64,000 nucleotides of DNA from Armatimonadota bacterium (lineage in GTDB: Bacteria > Armatimonadota > HRBIN16). Positions within the stretch are counted from its first letter, which is position 1; the number at the start of each line of letters is the position of its first letter. The stretch lies in assembly GCA_963677485.1 (NCBI GenBank), contig OY781964.1, positions 4,640,001 to 4,704,000 on the forward strand, read 5' to 3'. The translations under genes and the position numbers were made by a program. Below are positions 38,384 to 48,018 of the stretch, in pieces. The notes below the pieces were generated by a model. The model was not told the DNA's origin and made no database searches. It saw only the letters and a program-made list of their open reading frames with translations.

Positions 38384-39508
38384 ATGCACCTAGACGATAT
38401 GCTGCGACGCCTTGTAGAATCCGATGCGTCGGACCTGCATCTCCGAGTGAACGAGCCACCGATTTTTCGGCAGAACGGTTCGCTCCAAAGGCAGACAGAT
38501 TTGCCGAAACTGTCGAACGAAGATGTCAAGAAGATTATCTATGATGTTTTTCCAGCAGAGTCTATTGAAAAGCTTGAACAGACGAAAGAGCTGGATGTTG
38601 CATACGAACTCAAGGGTGTAGCCCGTTTTCGTGTGAACGTGTTTTACCAGCAGCGTGTTCTAGGTGCTGCCATGCGCCTCATCCCATATAATATCCGCAG
38701 TATCGATGATCTTGGTGTACCACAGGCCATTAAAGGGCTGTGCATGCTGCCGCGTGGTTTAATTCTTGTGACCGGACCTACGGGCTCTGGCAAGACCACC
38801 ACGCTGGCAGCTATGATCAACCATGTCAACACGCATCGTAAATGCCATATCATCACAATCGAAGAGCCGATTGAGTATATGCATACAGATAACCTCTCGA
38901 TCATCAACCAGCGCGAAGTCGGTGTCGACACCCACGGATATGCCAGCGCTCTACGGCATGTTATGCGTCAGAACCCCGATGTCATTCTGGTCGGCGAGAT
39001 GCGTGACCTGGAGACGATCCACCTGGCGATCACGGCTGCCGAAACTGGCCACCTCGTATTCTCTACCCTGCACACCCAGGATGCCCCTCAAACCATCGAC
39101 CGTATTGTGGACGTGTTTCCTTCCGACCAACAGCAACAGGTGCGTATGCAACTGTCGGTCACGATCAATGGTGTCATCTCACAGACGCTTCTTCCTAAGG
39201 CAAGTGGAAAAGGACGTGTGGCGGCGTATGAGCTGATGGTGGCTACCCCGGCCGTCAGATCGCTTATCCGGGAAGGCAAGACGCACCAACTGTATATGGA
39301 TATTCAGACGGGTGGCGATGTTGGCATGCAGACACTTGATAGCTGCCTGTTGGAGCTTGTGAAAAAAGGTGTCGTAAAGTATGAGGATGCTCTGGGTAAA
39401 ACCTCGAATCCGAACGACTTCAACCAGCGCATTCAGAAATTCCAGCAACAGCAGAATCCGCAGCAACAGTCTCAGCAACAGCAACAGCAGCAACAGAAGA
39501 AAAACTGA
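38384..39508 (+). CDS. pilT: PilT ATPase, copy 2, with poly-Gln tail
   Basis: ASDLHL, GPTGSGKTTT, GEMRD, AVRSLIREGK. Confidence 0.93.
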   Translation: MHLDDMLRRLVESDASDLHLRVNEPPIFRQNGSLQRQTDLPKLSNEDVKKIIYDVFPAESIEKLEQTKELDVAYELKGVARFRVNVFYQQRVLGAAMRLIPYNIRSIDDLGVPQAIKGLCMLPRGLILVTGPTGSGKTTTLAAMINHVNTHRKCHIITIEEPIEYMHTDNLSIINQREVGVDTHGYASALRHVMRQNPDVILVGEMRDLETIHLAITAAETGHLVFSTLHTQDAPQTIDRIVDVFPSDQQQQVRMQLSVTINGVISQTLLPKASGKGRVAAYELMVATPAVRSLIREGKTHQLYMDIQTGGDVGMQTLDSCLLELVKKGVVKYEDALGKTSNPNDFNQRIQKFQQQQNPQQQSQQQQQQQQKKN

Positions 39509-39551
39509 TGACTATTTTATACTGCATTGATCGTATATCGTGGAGGGCTCC

Positions 39552-40673
39552 ATGAAAATCACCCTTGATGAAATGTTACGAAGGACAGTTAGCGTTGATG
39601 GTTCTGACTTGCATGTCAAGGCCGACAACCATCCGATATGCCGTGTATATAGCGACCTGATGCCCCAGACTGATATGCCTGTGTTGGATTCAAAAGATAC
39701 AGAAGAATTGTTGATGGCCTCGATCAGCGAAGTGCAGCAAGCTCGGTTTGCGGAAGACATGGAACTCGACTTCGCATATGAAGTCAAAGGCCTTTCGCGG
39801 TTTCGCGGGAACATCTATCGGCAGCGAGGAGCTGTGCAGGGCGCATTCCGTGTCATTCCATATACCATCAGGACCATGCAGGATCTCAATTTGCCGCCAG
39901 TATGCAAGTTCTTCGCAGAACGACCCCGCGGCATTGTGTTGGTGACTGGCCCTGCTGGTTCGGGGAAATCCACAACCCAAGCCGCATTCCTCAACTACAT
40001 CAATGAAACTGACGCCGTGCACATCATGACCGTAGAAGATCCTTTGGAGTTTGTGCATACTCCGAAAAAGGCATTGGTGAACCAAAGAGAACTGGGCACA
40101 GATACGATGTCTTTCGCGAACGCGTTGAAATACGTGTTGCGGCAAGACCCTGATGTGATCTTGATCGGTGAAATGCGCGACCTAGAGACGATCCACCTTG
40201 CCATCACCGCCGCTGAAACTGGACACCTAGTGTTCGGTACTCTGCACACGCCAGATGCGGTTCAAACTATCGACCGTATTATTGACGTCTTCCCGCTGCA
40301 CCAGCAGTCTCAGGTGCGTATGCAGCTCAGCTCCAACCTGGTTGGTGTGGTGTCACAGCAACTCTGTAAGCGTAAAGACGGCAAGGGGCGTGTGGCTGCT
40401 TACGAAGTGCTAGTGGGAACCTCAGCCATCCGCAACATCATCCGTGAAGCTAAAACATTCCAGTTGTCTTCACAGATACAAACCGGAACCAAACAGGGCA
40501 TGCTTTCACTCGACCTTTCGCTGGCGAACCTGCATCGGCAGGGATTGATCTCCAGGGAAGAGGCGATGCTCCACGCCAAGGAAGCCAAGGAGCTTGAAGC
40601 CCTCATCAGCATTGATACTGCAGAGGCTGCTAAGGCCGCCACTGCAACTAAGGCCGCCAGTAACCAACGGTAG
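39552..40673 (+). CDS. pilT: PilT ATPase, copy 3
   Basis: GSDLHV, GPAGSGKSTT, LRQDPDVILIGEMRD, AIRNIIRE. Confidence 0.93.
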   Translation: MKITLDEMLRRTVSVDGSDLHVKADNHPICRVYSDLMPQTDMPVLDSKDTEELLMASISEVQQARFAEDMELDFAYEVKGLSRFRGNIYRQRGAVQGAFRVIPYTIRTMQDLNLPPVCKFFAERPRGIVLVTGPAGSGKSTTQAAFLNYINETDAVHIMTVEDPLEFVHTPKKALVNQRELGTDTMSFANALKYVLRQDPDVILIGEMRDLETIHLAITAAETGHLVFGTLHTPDAVQTIDRIIDVFPLHQQSQVRMQLSSNLVGVVSQQLCKRKDGKGRVAAYEVLVGTSAIRNIIREAKTFQLSSQIQTGTKQGMLSLDLSLANLHRQGLISREEAMLHAKEAKELEALISIDTAEAAKAATATKAASNQR

Positions 40674-40695
40674 TCAGGCATCCAGTAGTCCTTAT

Positions 40696-40730
40696 AAGAA
40701 CAGGCAACGCTTCGGCATTGCCTGTTCTTT
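40696..40730 (+). terminator. Intrinsic terminator after the pilT cluster
   Basis: AAGAACAGGCAACGC-TTCG-GCATTGCCTGTTCTTT (cUUCGg loop). Confidence 0.8.
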
Positions 40731-40878
40731 GATTCATGGCGAGTTTCCCGTGATTCATAGGACGATAGAGTTGACTTTATCGGTCGGAAATGTCTACAGT
40801 TAAAATAGAGGGCAATTTTTTGCATGTCCAGTGAAGCAGAACCATGCTCGATCCTGCAGATAACGAGGCGTAATAATA

Positions 40879-42786
40879 GTGAATGACTTCATCAAGGCGA
40901 CAAAAAAGCACTTCTGGGGATACCTGCTTCTGGTGGTGCTTCTCGTAGGTTCGATCCTGGTAGTGAAGAACTGGAAGGCGAGACATCCCGGCTCCATGAA
41001 CGTAATGGAAAGCCAGGCGATGGACATGACCGTGATGAAGCCGCCGGTGGGTTCTGTTCCGGTTGCCACCGAGGTGGTTCATCTGGGCCATTTTGAGGCA
41101 AAAGTAACCTACACCGGCTCCGTGGCCCCTTGGCAAGAACAAGTTGTCTACCCTCGTGTTGAAGGATATCTGAAAAACCTGTCCGTGTATAATGGCGACC
41201 GTGTAGCAGCCAACCAGCTCATTGGGGTCGTCGATTCCCCCGATTTGCAGAGCAAACTGGCCGAAGCGTCCGCAGGTCGGTCTGCTGCAGCTAGCGAAGT
41301 ACCCACAGCACATTACAATGTCACTCGCATGTCTGCGGAACGCAGCGCATCACTGGCGGAGGTGGAATCCGCAAAGACCGAGTTGGTCCGTACAATAGCG
41401 ATGCTTTCCGCGACCGAAAAAGGGGTTTTTCAGCGGCAGAATGAAGTAAAAAGCGCGAAGGCTAACCTCGATTATTGGTATGCCGAGATTAACCGCGAAC
41501 AGAAACTGCTCAATTCAGGTGCTGTCTCCGCGCAGGAGTTCCAATCTGAAAAAGCCCAGGCCACAGCAGCCGAAGCCGAGTATGGGAACAAACTCGCGAT
41601 GCTGGAAGAGGCTAAAGCAAACGTGGAAGCCGCCCGAGCCGATGTTGCCAGTAAACAAGCTATGATCGCTGTCGCCGCTCACAGGGCATCGGCGGCTTCG
41701 GCCGCTCTGACAGGAGCGGGTTATGAAGTGAAGCAAAAAGCCGCCATGGCCAGTCAAGCAGGTTCGATGGTCGCCACCGCCGCCGCGGTGGATAAGTATC
41801 GATATGTGAGAGCGCCCTTTGCTGGAGCTGTCACTAAGCGGTATGTTAGTCCCGGCCAGTTCGTAAATGCCAGCACAGCTATCGCTAGTATCGTGCAGAT
41901 GGACCAGGTGAGACTACAGGCCAATGTAGCCGACAGGGATATCCAAACCATTCGTATTGGTTCAACTGTAGTCGCACGCTTTGCCAAAGATCCGAAGTTG
42001 GTCGTTCAAGCCAGGGTCACCTCAGTTTCGCCGTTATCTGATCAATCGAGTCGGACCGCAGTGGTAGAGGCTATAGTGCCTAATAAAGATCACAAGCTCG
42101 TGCCTGGTGATTCGGTCACGCTTGACATCGCCATATCGGGTAATTCCGATGCTATTAGCGTGCCTGAAAGTGCTATTGTTTCAAAAGATGGCATGTCCGC
42201 GGTGTGGGTTGTGCATAATGAAGCCCCAAAGGGTACGGCTAAATACACCTGCACCATGCATCCCCAAATCATCCGCGACCATCCCGGCAATTGCCCCATC
42301 TGCCAGATGAAGCTCGTTCCTATGGCCAGCGATGGCAACAAGAAGGCTCACTTAGTGATGGTGAAAACTGGTCTGTCATCCGGTAACCGCGTGGCGATCA
42401 CATCGGGATTGAACGATGGTGATGACGTTATCTACCAAGGCAACATCTATCTCAAAGATGGTGACACCGTCTTTCCGACAGCCTGGTCAGCCGATGGCCC
42501 AAGCAAAATGCCGAACGCGCCAGGGATGGGAGACATGCCCGGTATGGATAAGGGCTCCAGCGACATGAAGAACATGCCCGGCATGGACAAAGGTTCCGGG
42601 GACATGAAAGATATGCCGGGAATGGAACAAACCACGCCTAAGGCTAGTTCACCGGCTTCCGTGAAGAAGGCTGTCGTCCAGAAGACCTACGCCTGCCCAA
42701 TGCACCCTCAAATCACAAGCCATAACCCCGATGATGTCTGCAAGATATGCGGAATGAAGATTAACAAGCTGGTTGAGGCAAAATAA
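40879..42786 (+). CDS. RND efflux membrane-fusion protein (CusB-like) with two heavy-metal-binding domains
   Basis: N-terminal TM, lipoyl/coiled-coil hairpin (VRAPFAG), YTCTMHP..CPICQM and YACPMHP..CKICGM, Met-rich linker. Confidence 0.9.
   Translation: MNDFIKATKKHFWGYLLLVVLLVGSILVVKNWKARHPGSMNVMESQAMDMTVMKPPVGSVPVATEVVHLGHFEAKVTYTGSVAPWQEQVVYPRVEGYLKNLSVYNGDRVAANQLIGVVDSPDLQSKLAEASAGRSAAASEVPTAHYNVTRMSAERSASLAEVESAKTELVRTIAMLSATEKGVFQRQNEVKSAKANLDYWYAEINREQKLLNSGAVSAQEFQSEKAQATAAEAEYGNKLAMLEEAKANVEAARADVASKQAMIAVAAHRASAASAALTGAGYEVKQKAAMASQAGSMVATAAAVDKYRYVRAPFAGAVTKRYVSPGQFVNASTAIASIVQMDQVRLQANVADRDIQTIRIGSTVVARFAKDPKLVVQARVTSVSPLSDQSSRTAVVEAIVPNKDHKLVPGDSVTLDIAISGNSDAISVPESAIVSKDGMSAVWVVHNEAPKGTAKYTCTMHPQIIRDHPGNCPICQMKLVPMASDGNKKAHLVMVKTGLSSGNRVAITSGLNDGDDVIYQGNIYLKDGDTVFPTAWSADGPSKMPNAPGMGDMPGMDKGSSDMKNMPGMDKGSGDMKDMPGMEQTTPKASSPASVKKAVVQKTYACPMHPQITSHNPDDVCKICGMKINKLVEAK
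42535..42627 (+). repeat. 39-bp coding tandem repeat (MPGMDKGSxDMKx, about 2.4 copies)
   Basis: Units start at 42535, 42574 and 42613. Confidence 0.85.
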
Positions 42787-45700
42787 ATGCCTGATCAAAA
42801 CAGCCCTAAAGCACACCCACCGATAGAAAAACACCCAGCGAATGCTCTGCATTTGATCCATAAATGGTCCATTGAGCACCCCTATATAGTGGTGGCGTTT
42901 TACCTGGCGGTCATCATCATCGCATACATCACCATCACCAGGACCATGCCGCGGCGGTTCATGCCGTATGTGGAAAGCCCCATGGTGGGTGTGGTCACGA
43001 TGATGCCCGGCTTGTCAGCTCAAGAGATGGAGATGTATGTCGCCAAACCTATCGAAGAGCAACTCGTCAACGTCAAGAATCTGCACTACATTCGCTCTAC
43101 GTCGCAGGACGGCTTCGCCATCGTGAGCCTTGAGTTCAACTACGGCAGCGATATGAAAAAGGCGCTCTTCGACGTGCAGAGCCTGATGAACGTCATCCAG
43201 GCGAATCTTCCCTCCACAGGAGCGAACACGAAGCCATCCTGGGTGCTTTCGATTGACCCGTTGAACCTGCCCATCCTTTCGCTTTCTGTGACTGGTGACA
43301 ATCGATGGGATAAACAGAAGCTACGGGAATTCGTGGACAACGATGTGGTGAACCGCATCAAGACCATTCCTCAAGTCTACTCGGTGGTGCCTTTCGGCGG
43401 TTACAAACGCCAACTGCAGGTGCTTGTCGACCGCGATAAGCTGGCGTCATATAAGCTATCTATCCTTGATGTCAGGAATGCGATCGACAAATACAACGTC
43501 TCGCGATCGGGCGGAACCATCACAAGCGGTGCCAATGAGGCGATCATTCGCGTAGACACGCGGGCAACCAACCCCCAAATGGTGCTGAACTACCCGATAG
43601 CCAGCATATCGAGTGGGGGCAATGTCACGCCCGCCGCATCGGGCAGCTCATCTGGCGGTGGAATGGGCGGAGGAGGCGGATCGGGCTCTTCACCGGCACC
43701 AGCGCCTTCAGCCGATGCGCCATCGGTTGGCACAGGTACGCTTGATCAGCCGAAGACCGTCTATGTGCGTGATGTCGCACGAGTTGTAGATAGCTTCTGG
43801 GAACGAAGAAGCGCTTATCACTTTGTCGACCATGGCAAAATCAAAGAGTCGATTGAAGCGGCCGTAATACAAGACCCCGGTGCCAGCTCCGCGCAAGTGG
43901 TGCCGGCGGTCGAAAAAATACTAAAGCAACTAAAACAAGATAACCCAGGGATTTCGTTCGAGGTGGCCTACGACAACGCCCACTTCGTAAACATTTTGTT
44001 CAAAAACATGTTTGAAGAGCTGGGAGTGGCGGTACTGCTGACCGCCATCGCCGTGCTGCTGTTCCTGGGGGAGTGGCGAGGCACCATCATTGCGCTCATC
44101 ACTATCCCGATTTCGCTGGCCATGGCCATCACCTGCCTGGTGCCGCTGGGAATGACCCTGAACTCAGGCACACTCATCGGGCTATTGCTCTCAATTGGAC
44201 GACTGGTGGACGACTCGATCATCGATATCCACGCCGTGGAACGGCATATGCGGATGGGGAAGGACCCCAAGACAGCCACCATCGATGGCATCGCTGAGGT
44301 TCGACTCGCGGTGATTGCCTCTACCATCGTGTTGGTGCTGGCTCTTGCTCCGCTGCTCGTTGCAGGCGGCATCGTACAGTTGATGTTCGTTGAACTGGTT
44401 TGGCCGATTATCTTCGCGTTGCTGTCTTCTATGCTGGTGTCATTCACGCTCACGGCTCTGCTTTGCGCGAACCTGTTGAAGCCGCATTCTGAGCTCGACA
44501 AGGAGCGAAGAAGTGGGTTCTACCGTCATGTTCTAGGCCCCATACAACACTCCCTCGACCGCATGGAAGCGGGTTACAGCCGTATCATCGGCTGGATGTT
44601 GAAGAACCGGTTCATGAATATGGCGCGGATATTAGCTACCGTGATCATCGGATTTACGTTCTACAACTTCATCGGCTCTGAAATGATGCCCCTTGCGGAT
44701 GTGGGTCAAGCATACGGTGTGCTGGAGATGGCTCCAGGTACCAGCTTTGCTGAGACCGAACATGCGACCACCGCTCTCGAGAAGATCATGGCGAAGTATC
44801 CCGAGATCGAAAAAGTCAGTACCGAGATCGGTGCTGAGACGATGTTCGAGAGCTTCAGCCCGATGTATACTGGCTACGCGATGCCGCAGGTGAATGCATC
44901 CGCGATGATGATTACCTTCTCCGACAAGGACACGCGTAAACGTGATATCTGGCAAATCATGGATGCCATACAAAAAGAGGCGACTTCGACTATTCCCGGT
45001 ATCCGCCGTCTGCAAATCAAGGAGATGGGCGCCGACGTGATGGCCAGTTCACTCGCTCCGGTATCTGTCCTTGTTTACGGCAAAGACCTGCATGTGTTGA
45101 ACGACATTGGTCAGCAGGTGCTGGATGTGGCCAAGCAGACCAAGGGCATGTATCAAGTAGCATCAAGCTGGGACATGAAGCAGCCGTCTTACAGGATTGA
45201 AGTGATACCTGAGCGCGCGCAGGCATTGGGACTTAGCCCCGAGGATATCTCTCAGCAGGCATACTATTCCCTTAAAGGCGGTCTGACCAACGAATGGTAT
45301 CGCCTTCCCAACATCCGGCAAAATACGGTGCTAGTTCGCTACGAGGGGAAAGATCGAGCGAACGCTTCCGACCTCGAGAGTATGTATATCACCGCCTCCG
45401 ATGGCAGGCAGGTGCCCCTGAAGAGTGTCGCCAACATCCGCAAGGAGCTTGTTCCGACATTGATAGAGCACGACGGCATCCGCAGGGTCGTCTCCATCAA
45501 TGGCTACTACCGCAAGGGACCCGGTGATAAACCTTCGATGGACGTCACCATGGATTTTATGATGAACGCCATGGCCAAAGTCAACTTCCCTCCGGGTTAC
45601 GGAATGGAAGGGCGCGGTGACATGACCCAGATGATGGACAGTTTTGCCCGGCTGCTGAAAGGGCTCGGTATCGCGTTGTTATTCATCTTCCTCGTGCTGG

Positions 45701-46248
45701 TGGCACAGTTCAGAGGCTTCCTGCAGCCGCTTCAGATGGTGTTCTCGCTGCCCCTAGAGCTTGCCGGGGTCTTCCTTGCGCTCTACCTGGCGCACCAGGC
45801 GTTCTCCACGGTCTCCATCATGGCGGTGATCGTGTTGACTGGTATGGACATCACCACGGCGATCTTGCTAATCGATATGATCGCCCGGTACCGCGACCGC
45901 GGCGTACCCAGGGACCAGGCTGTGATGGAAGCATGCCCACAGAGGCTGAGACCTATCTTGATGACGTCAATGATCACCATTCTGGTCATGATCCCGGTGG
46001 CCTTCTTCCCGAGAACCGGCATGGATGCTTACCAGCCGCTGGGAACGGTGATTTTGGGAGGTTTGATCATGGGCACCATCTTGAGTCTGTTCGACATTCC
46101 CATCATGCATACTTATGTGGATGATTTCATCCGCTGGATCAATTGGCGGTTCTTAAAGAGAAAGTGGGTGTGGCCTGTGACTGAATCGATAGATGACGGC
46201 TCGATTACATTGCATCCTACGGAGGATAAACATGACAAAACACAGTAG
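42787..46248 (+). CDS. RND efflux permease (AcrB/CusA/CzcA family)
   Basis: PGLSAQEME, LVDDSII, RLRPILMTS, PLGTVILGGL; 12-TM layout. Confidence 0.93.
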   Translation: MPDQNSPKAHPPIEKHPANALHLIHKWSIEHPYIVVAFYLAVIIIAYITITRTMPRRFMPYVESPMVGVVTMMPGLSAQEMEMYVAKPIEEQLVNVKNLHYIRSTSQDGFAIVSLEFNYGSDMKKALFDVQSLMNVIQANLPSTGANTKPSWVLSIDPLNLPILSLSVTGDNRWDKQKLREFVDNDVVNRIKTIPQVYSVVPFGGYKRQLQVLVDRDKLASYKLSILDVRNAIDKYNVSRSGGTITSGANEAIIRVDTRATNPQMVLNYPIASISSGGNVTPAASGSSSGGGMGGGGGSGSSPAPAPSADAPSVGTGTLDQPKTVYVRDVARVVDSFWERRSAYHFVDHGKIKESIEAAVIQDPGASSAQVVPAVEKILKQLKQDNPGISFEVAYDNAHFVNILFKNMFEELGVAVLLTAIAVLLFLGEWRGTIIALITIPISLAMAITCLVPLGMTLNSGTLIGLLLSIGRLVDDSIIDIHAVERHMRMGKDPKTATIDGIAEVRLAVIASTIVLVLALAPLLVAGGIVQLMFVELVWPIIFALLSSMLVSFTLTALLCANLLKPHSELDKERRSGFYRHVLGPIQHSLDRMEAGYSRIIGWMLKNRFMNMARILATVIIGFTFYNFIGSEMMPLADVGQAYGVLEMAPGTSFAETEHATTALEKIMAKYPEIEKVSTEIGAETMFESFSPMYTGYAMPQVNASAMMITFSDKDTRKRDIWQIMDAIQKEATSTIPGIRRLQIKEMGADVMASSLAPVSVLVYGKDLHVLNDIGQQVLDVAKQTKGMYQVASSWDMKQPSYRIEVIPERAQALGLSPEDISQQAYYSLKGGLTNEWYRLPNIRQNTVLVRYEGKDRANASDLESMYITASDGRQVPLKSVANIRKELVPTLIEHDGIRRVVSINGYYRKGPGDKPSMDVTMDFMMNAMAKVNFPPGYGMEGRGDMTQMMDSFARLLKGLGIALLFIFLVLVAQFRGFLQPLQMVFSLPLELAGVFLALYLAHQAFSTVSIMAVIVLTGMDITTAILLIDMIARYRDRGVPRDQAVMEACPQRLRPILMTSMITILVMIPVAFFPRTGMDAYQPLGTVILGGLIMGTILSLFDIPIMHTYVDDFIRWINWRFLKRKWVWPVTESIDDGSITLHPTEDKHDKTQ

Positions 46249-47599
46249 AATGGCTGCATTCGCCTTGATAGGGGCAGCCCTCTGCACATCCATACCAGGG
46301 ATCGCCGATGCAGCCGATGCAGGTATGCCTCATGACCCCTCTGGGCAGCCCGTGATCAGTCAGACGGTATCGGTAAGCGATGCAGTGGGTATTGCGCTCA
46401 AAAACAGTCCGACCATCGCATCACGCAAAGCCCTCCTCAGCGCGACATCAGCGAGGGTGGGCATGGCTCAGGCGATGACACGCCTTCAAGTGTCTACCAC
46501 CACGTTTGCGAATGCAGGCGACATGCCGATGATATACCGCGGACCGGACAATGTGCAGCCGCAGAGTATCTCACTTACCAGTGACCGTTCGCGGTTGAAT
46601 CAAACTGTGATGGCGATGTATCCAATATATACGGGCGGAAGAAACCAGGGACTGGTGAGCGGTGCGAAGGCTAATACCGAGGCCGCTAGATTTGATCTTG
46701 CCACCACTGAGCTGGACGTGTCGTTGGCGGTCAAGCAGATCTATTTCAGAGTTCTGCTTGCCAGACGCACCGTGGAAGCTTATCAGAGCCGTGTCAATGA
46801 GGCAACAGAGCGTGTTCGCATCGCACAGGTCGCATATGAAGCGGGCCGAATCGCAAAATACGACCTGCTGCGCAACCAGACAGAACTCGCAGATGCGCAA
46901 CAGATGCTGGTGAATGCTCAGGCGGACGTAGAGATGGCGTTCATTGAGTTGCGCAATATGATGGGTGTTTCGCAGACCTCGCAGTTAGCACTTGCTGACG
47001 ATCTTTCGGTACAGTCTGCACTTCCTGCGATTAATGAGCTGCAGGTTACAGCGGTCAGGCAAAGCCCGGAGGTATCGGCGATGCAGGCGCGGGTGGCATC
47101 GGCCCAATCGAACGTCGAAGTGGCGAAGAGCGCACTGAAACCTCAGATTTATGCCACAGCAATGGCAGAAATTTCCGTATCTAAAAGTAGTGAGATGAGC
47201 AGCGGCACAGATACGGGCTACCTGGTCGGCTTGGCTGCTGCGATCCCGCTGCTTGATGGCGGGTCACGCAAGTCATCGATTCAGGAAGCTCAGGCGATGC
47301 ATGAGCAGATGCAGGCTGATCAGCGGGAGACCGTGCTGAACGTCGCGAAAAGGGTGGCGACCGCTTATACGCAATTTAGCGCAGCTACAAAGAATGTTAG
47401 CCTGGCTCAGGCAGCGATTACCCAGGCTGAAGAGGACTATCGCGTGATTCGTATGCGATATGAAGCAGGAAAGGCGACGAATGTGGAGGTTCTAGATTCA
47501 CTAGCCAGCCTGACCCGCGCAAAAACGAGCTATATTGAGGCACTATACACGCAAAATATGGCGAATGCGACACTAACCCGAGCAATCGGTCAACGATAA
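46232..47599 (+). CDS. TolC-family outer-membrane efflux protein
   Basis: Signal peptide, PIYTGG and PLLDGG, RYEAGKATNVEVLD; GGAGG RBS. Confidence 0.92.
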   Translation: MTKHSRMAAFALIGAALCTSIPGIADAADAGMPHDPSGQPVISQTVSVSDAVGIALKNSPTIASRKALLSATSARVGMAQAMTRLQVSTTTFANAGDMPMIYRGPDNVQPQSISLTSDRSRLNQTVMAMYPIYTGGRNQGLVSGAKANTEAARFDLATTELDVSLAVKQIYFRVLLARRTVEAYQSRVNEATERVRIAQVAYEAGRIAKYDLLRNQTELADAQQMLVNAQADVEMAFIELRNMMGVSQTSQLALADDLSVQSALPAINELQVTAVRQSPEVSAMQARVASAQSNVEVAKSALKPQIYATAMAEISVSKSSEMSSGTDTGYLVGLAAAIPLLDGGSRKSSIQEAQAMHEQMQADQRETVLNVAKRVATAYTQFSAATKNVSLAQAAITQAEEDYRVIRMRYEAGKATNVEVLDSLASLTRAKTSYIEALYTQNMANATLTRAIGQR

Positions 47600-47633
47600 A
47601 TAGAGAACGCAGACAATACCGGGAGGTATCACA

Positions 47634-47933
47634 TTGAAGATTTCACGAACAGCATCAGCAGTCATGGCAATCCTCGCAGTGGCGACTATGTCCGTATATG
47701 CCACAGCGGGACCATCCTGCAGTATGGCACCGAAGTCAAAGACTGCCGCGGTCGGAAAGAGGGCAGGCTCACACAAAAAGCTTGTGTCCGCCGTCTGCCC
47801 GGTCATGGGCACGAAGATCCCGGATATCACCAAAGCGGCTGGTAAGTCCGTATACAAAGGCAAGACTTACTATTTCTGCTGCAGTATGTGCAAGCCCGCC
47901 TTTGACAAGAATCCCGCAAAATACGTCAAGTAA
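47634..47933 (+). CDS. Secreted YHS-domain protein (metal chaperone-like)
   Basis: Signal peptide, CPVMG, YKGKTYYFCCSMCKPAF. Confidence 0.88.
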   Translation: MKISRTASAVMAILAVATMSVYATAGPSCSMAPKSKTAAVGKRAGSHKKLVSAVCPVMGTKIPDITKAAGKSVYKGKTYYFCCSMCKPAFDKNPAKYVK

Positions 47934-47947
47934 GGCGTAAACACTCT

Positions 47948-47980
47948 GGCCGTGGACAGATTAGCTGTCTACGGCCTTTC
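47948..47980 (+). terminator. Terminator after the RND/YHS operon
   Basis: GGCCGTGGACAG-ATTAG-CTGTCTACGGCC followed by TTTC. Confidence 0.6.
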
Positions 47981-48018
47981 TATATGACAAGATGTGAAGT
48001 GTTGGTTCATAACATTGT

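Noticed and set aside
40771-40800. CueR/MerR-type operator before the RND operon
   Set aside because: TTGACT-18-TACAGT may be a promoter, but the dyad is poor and does not match ACCTTCC-N7-GGAAGGT.
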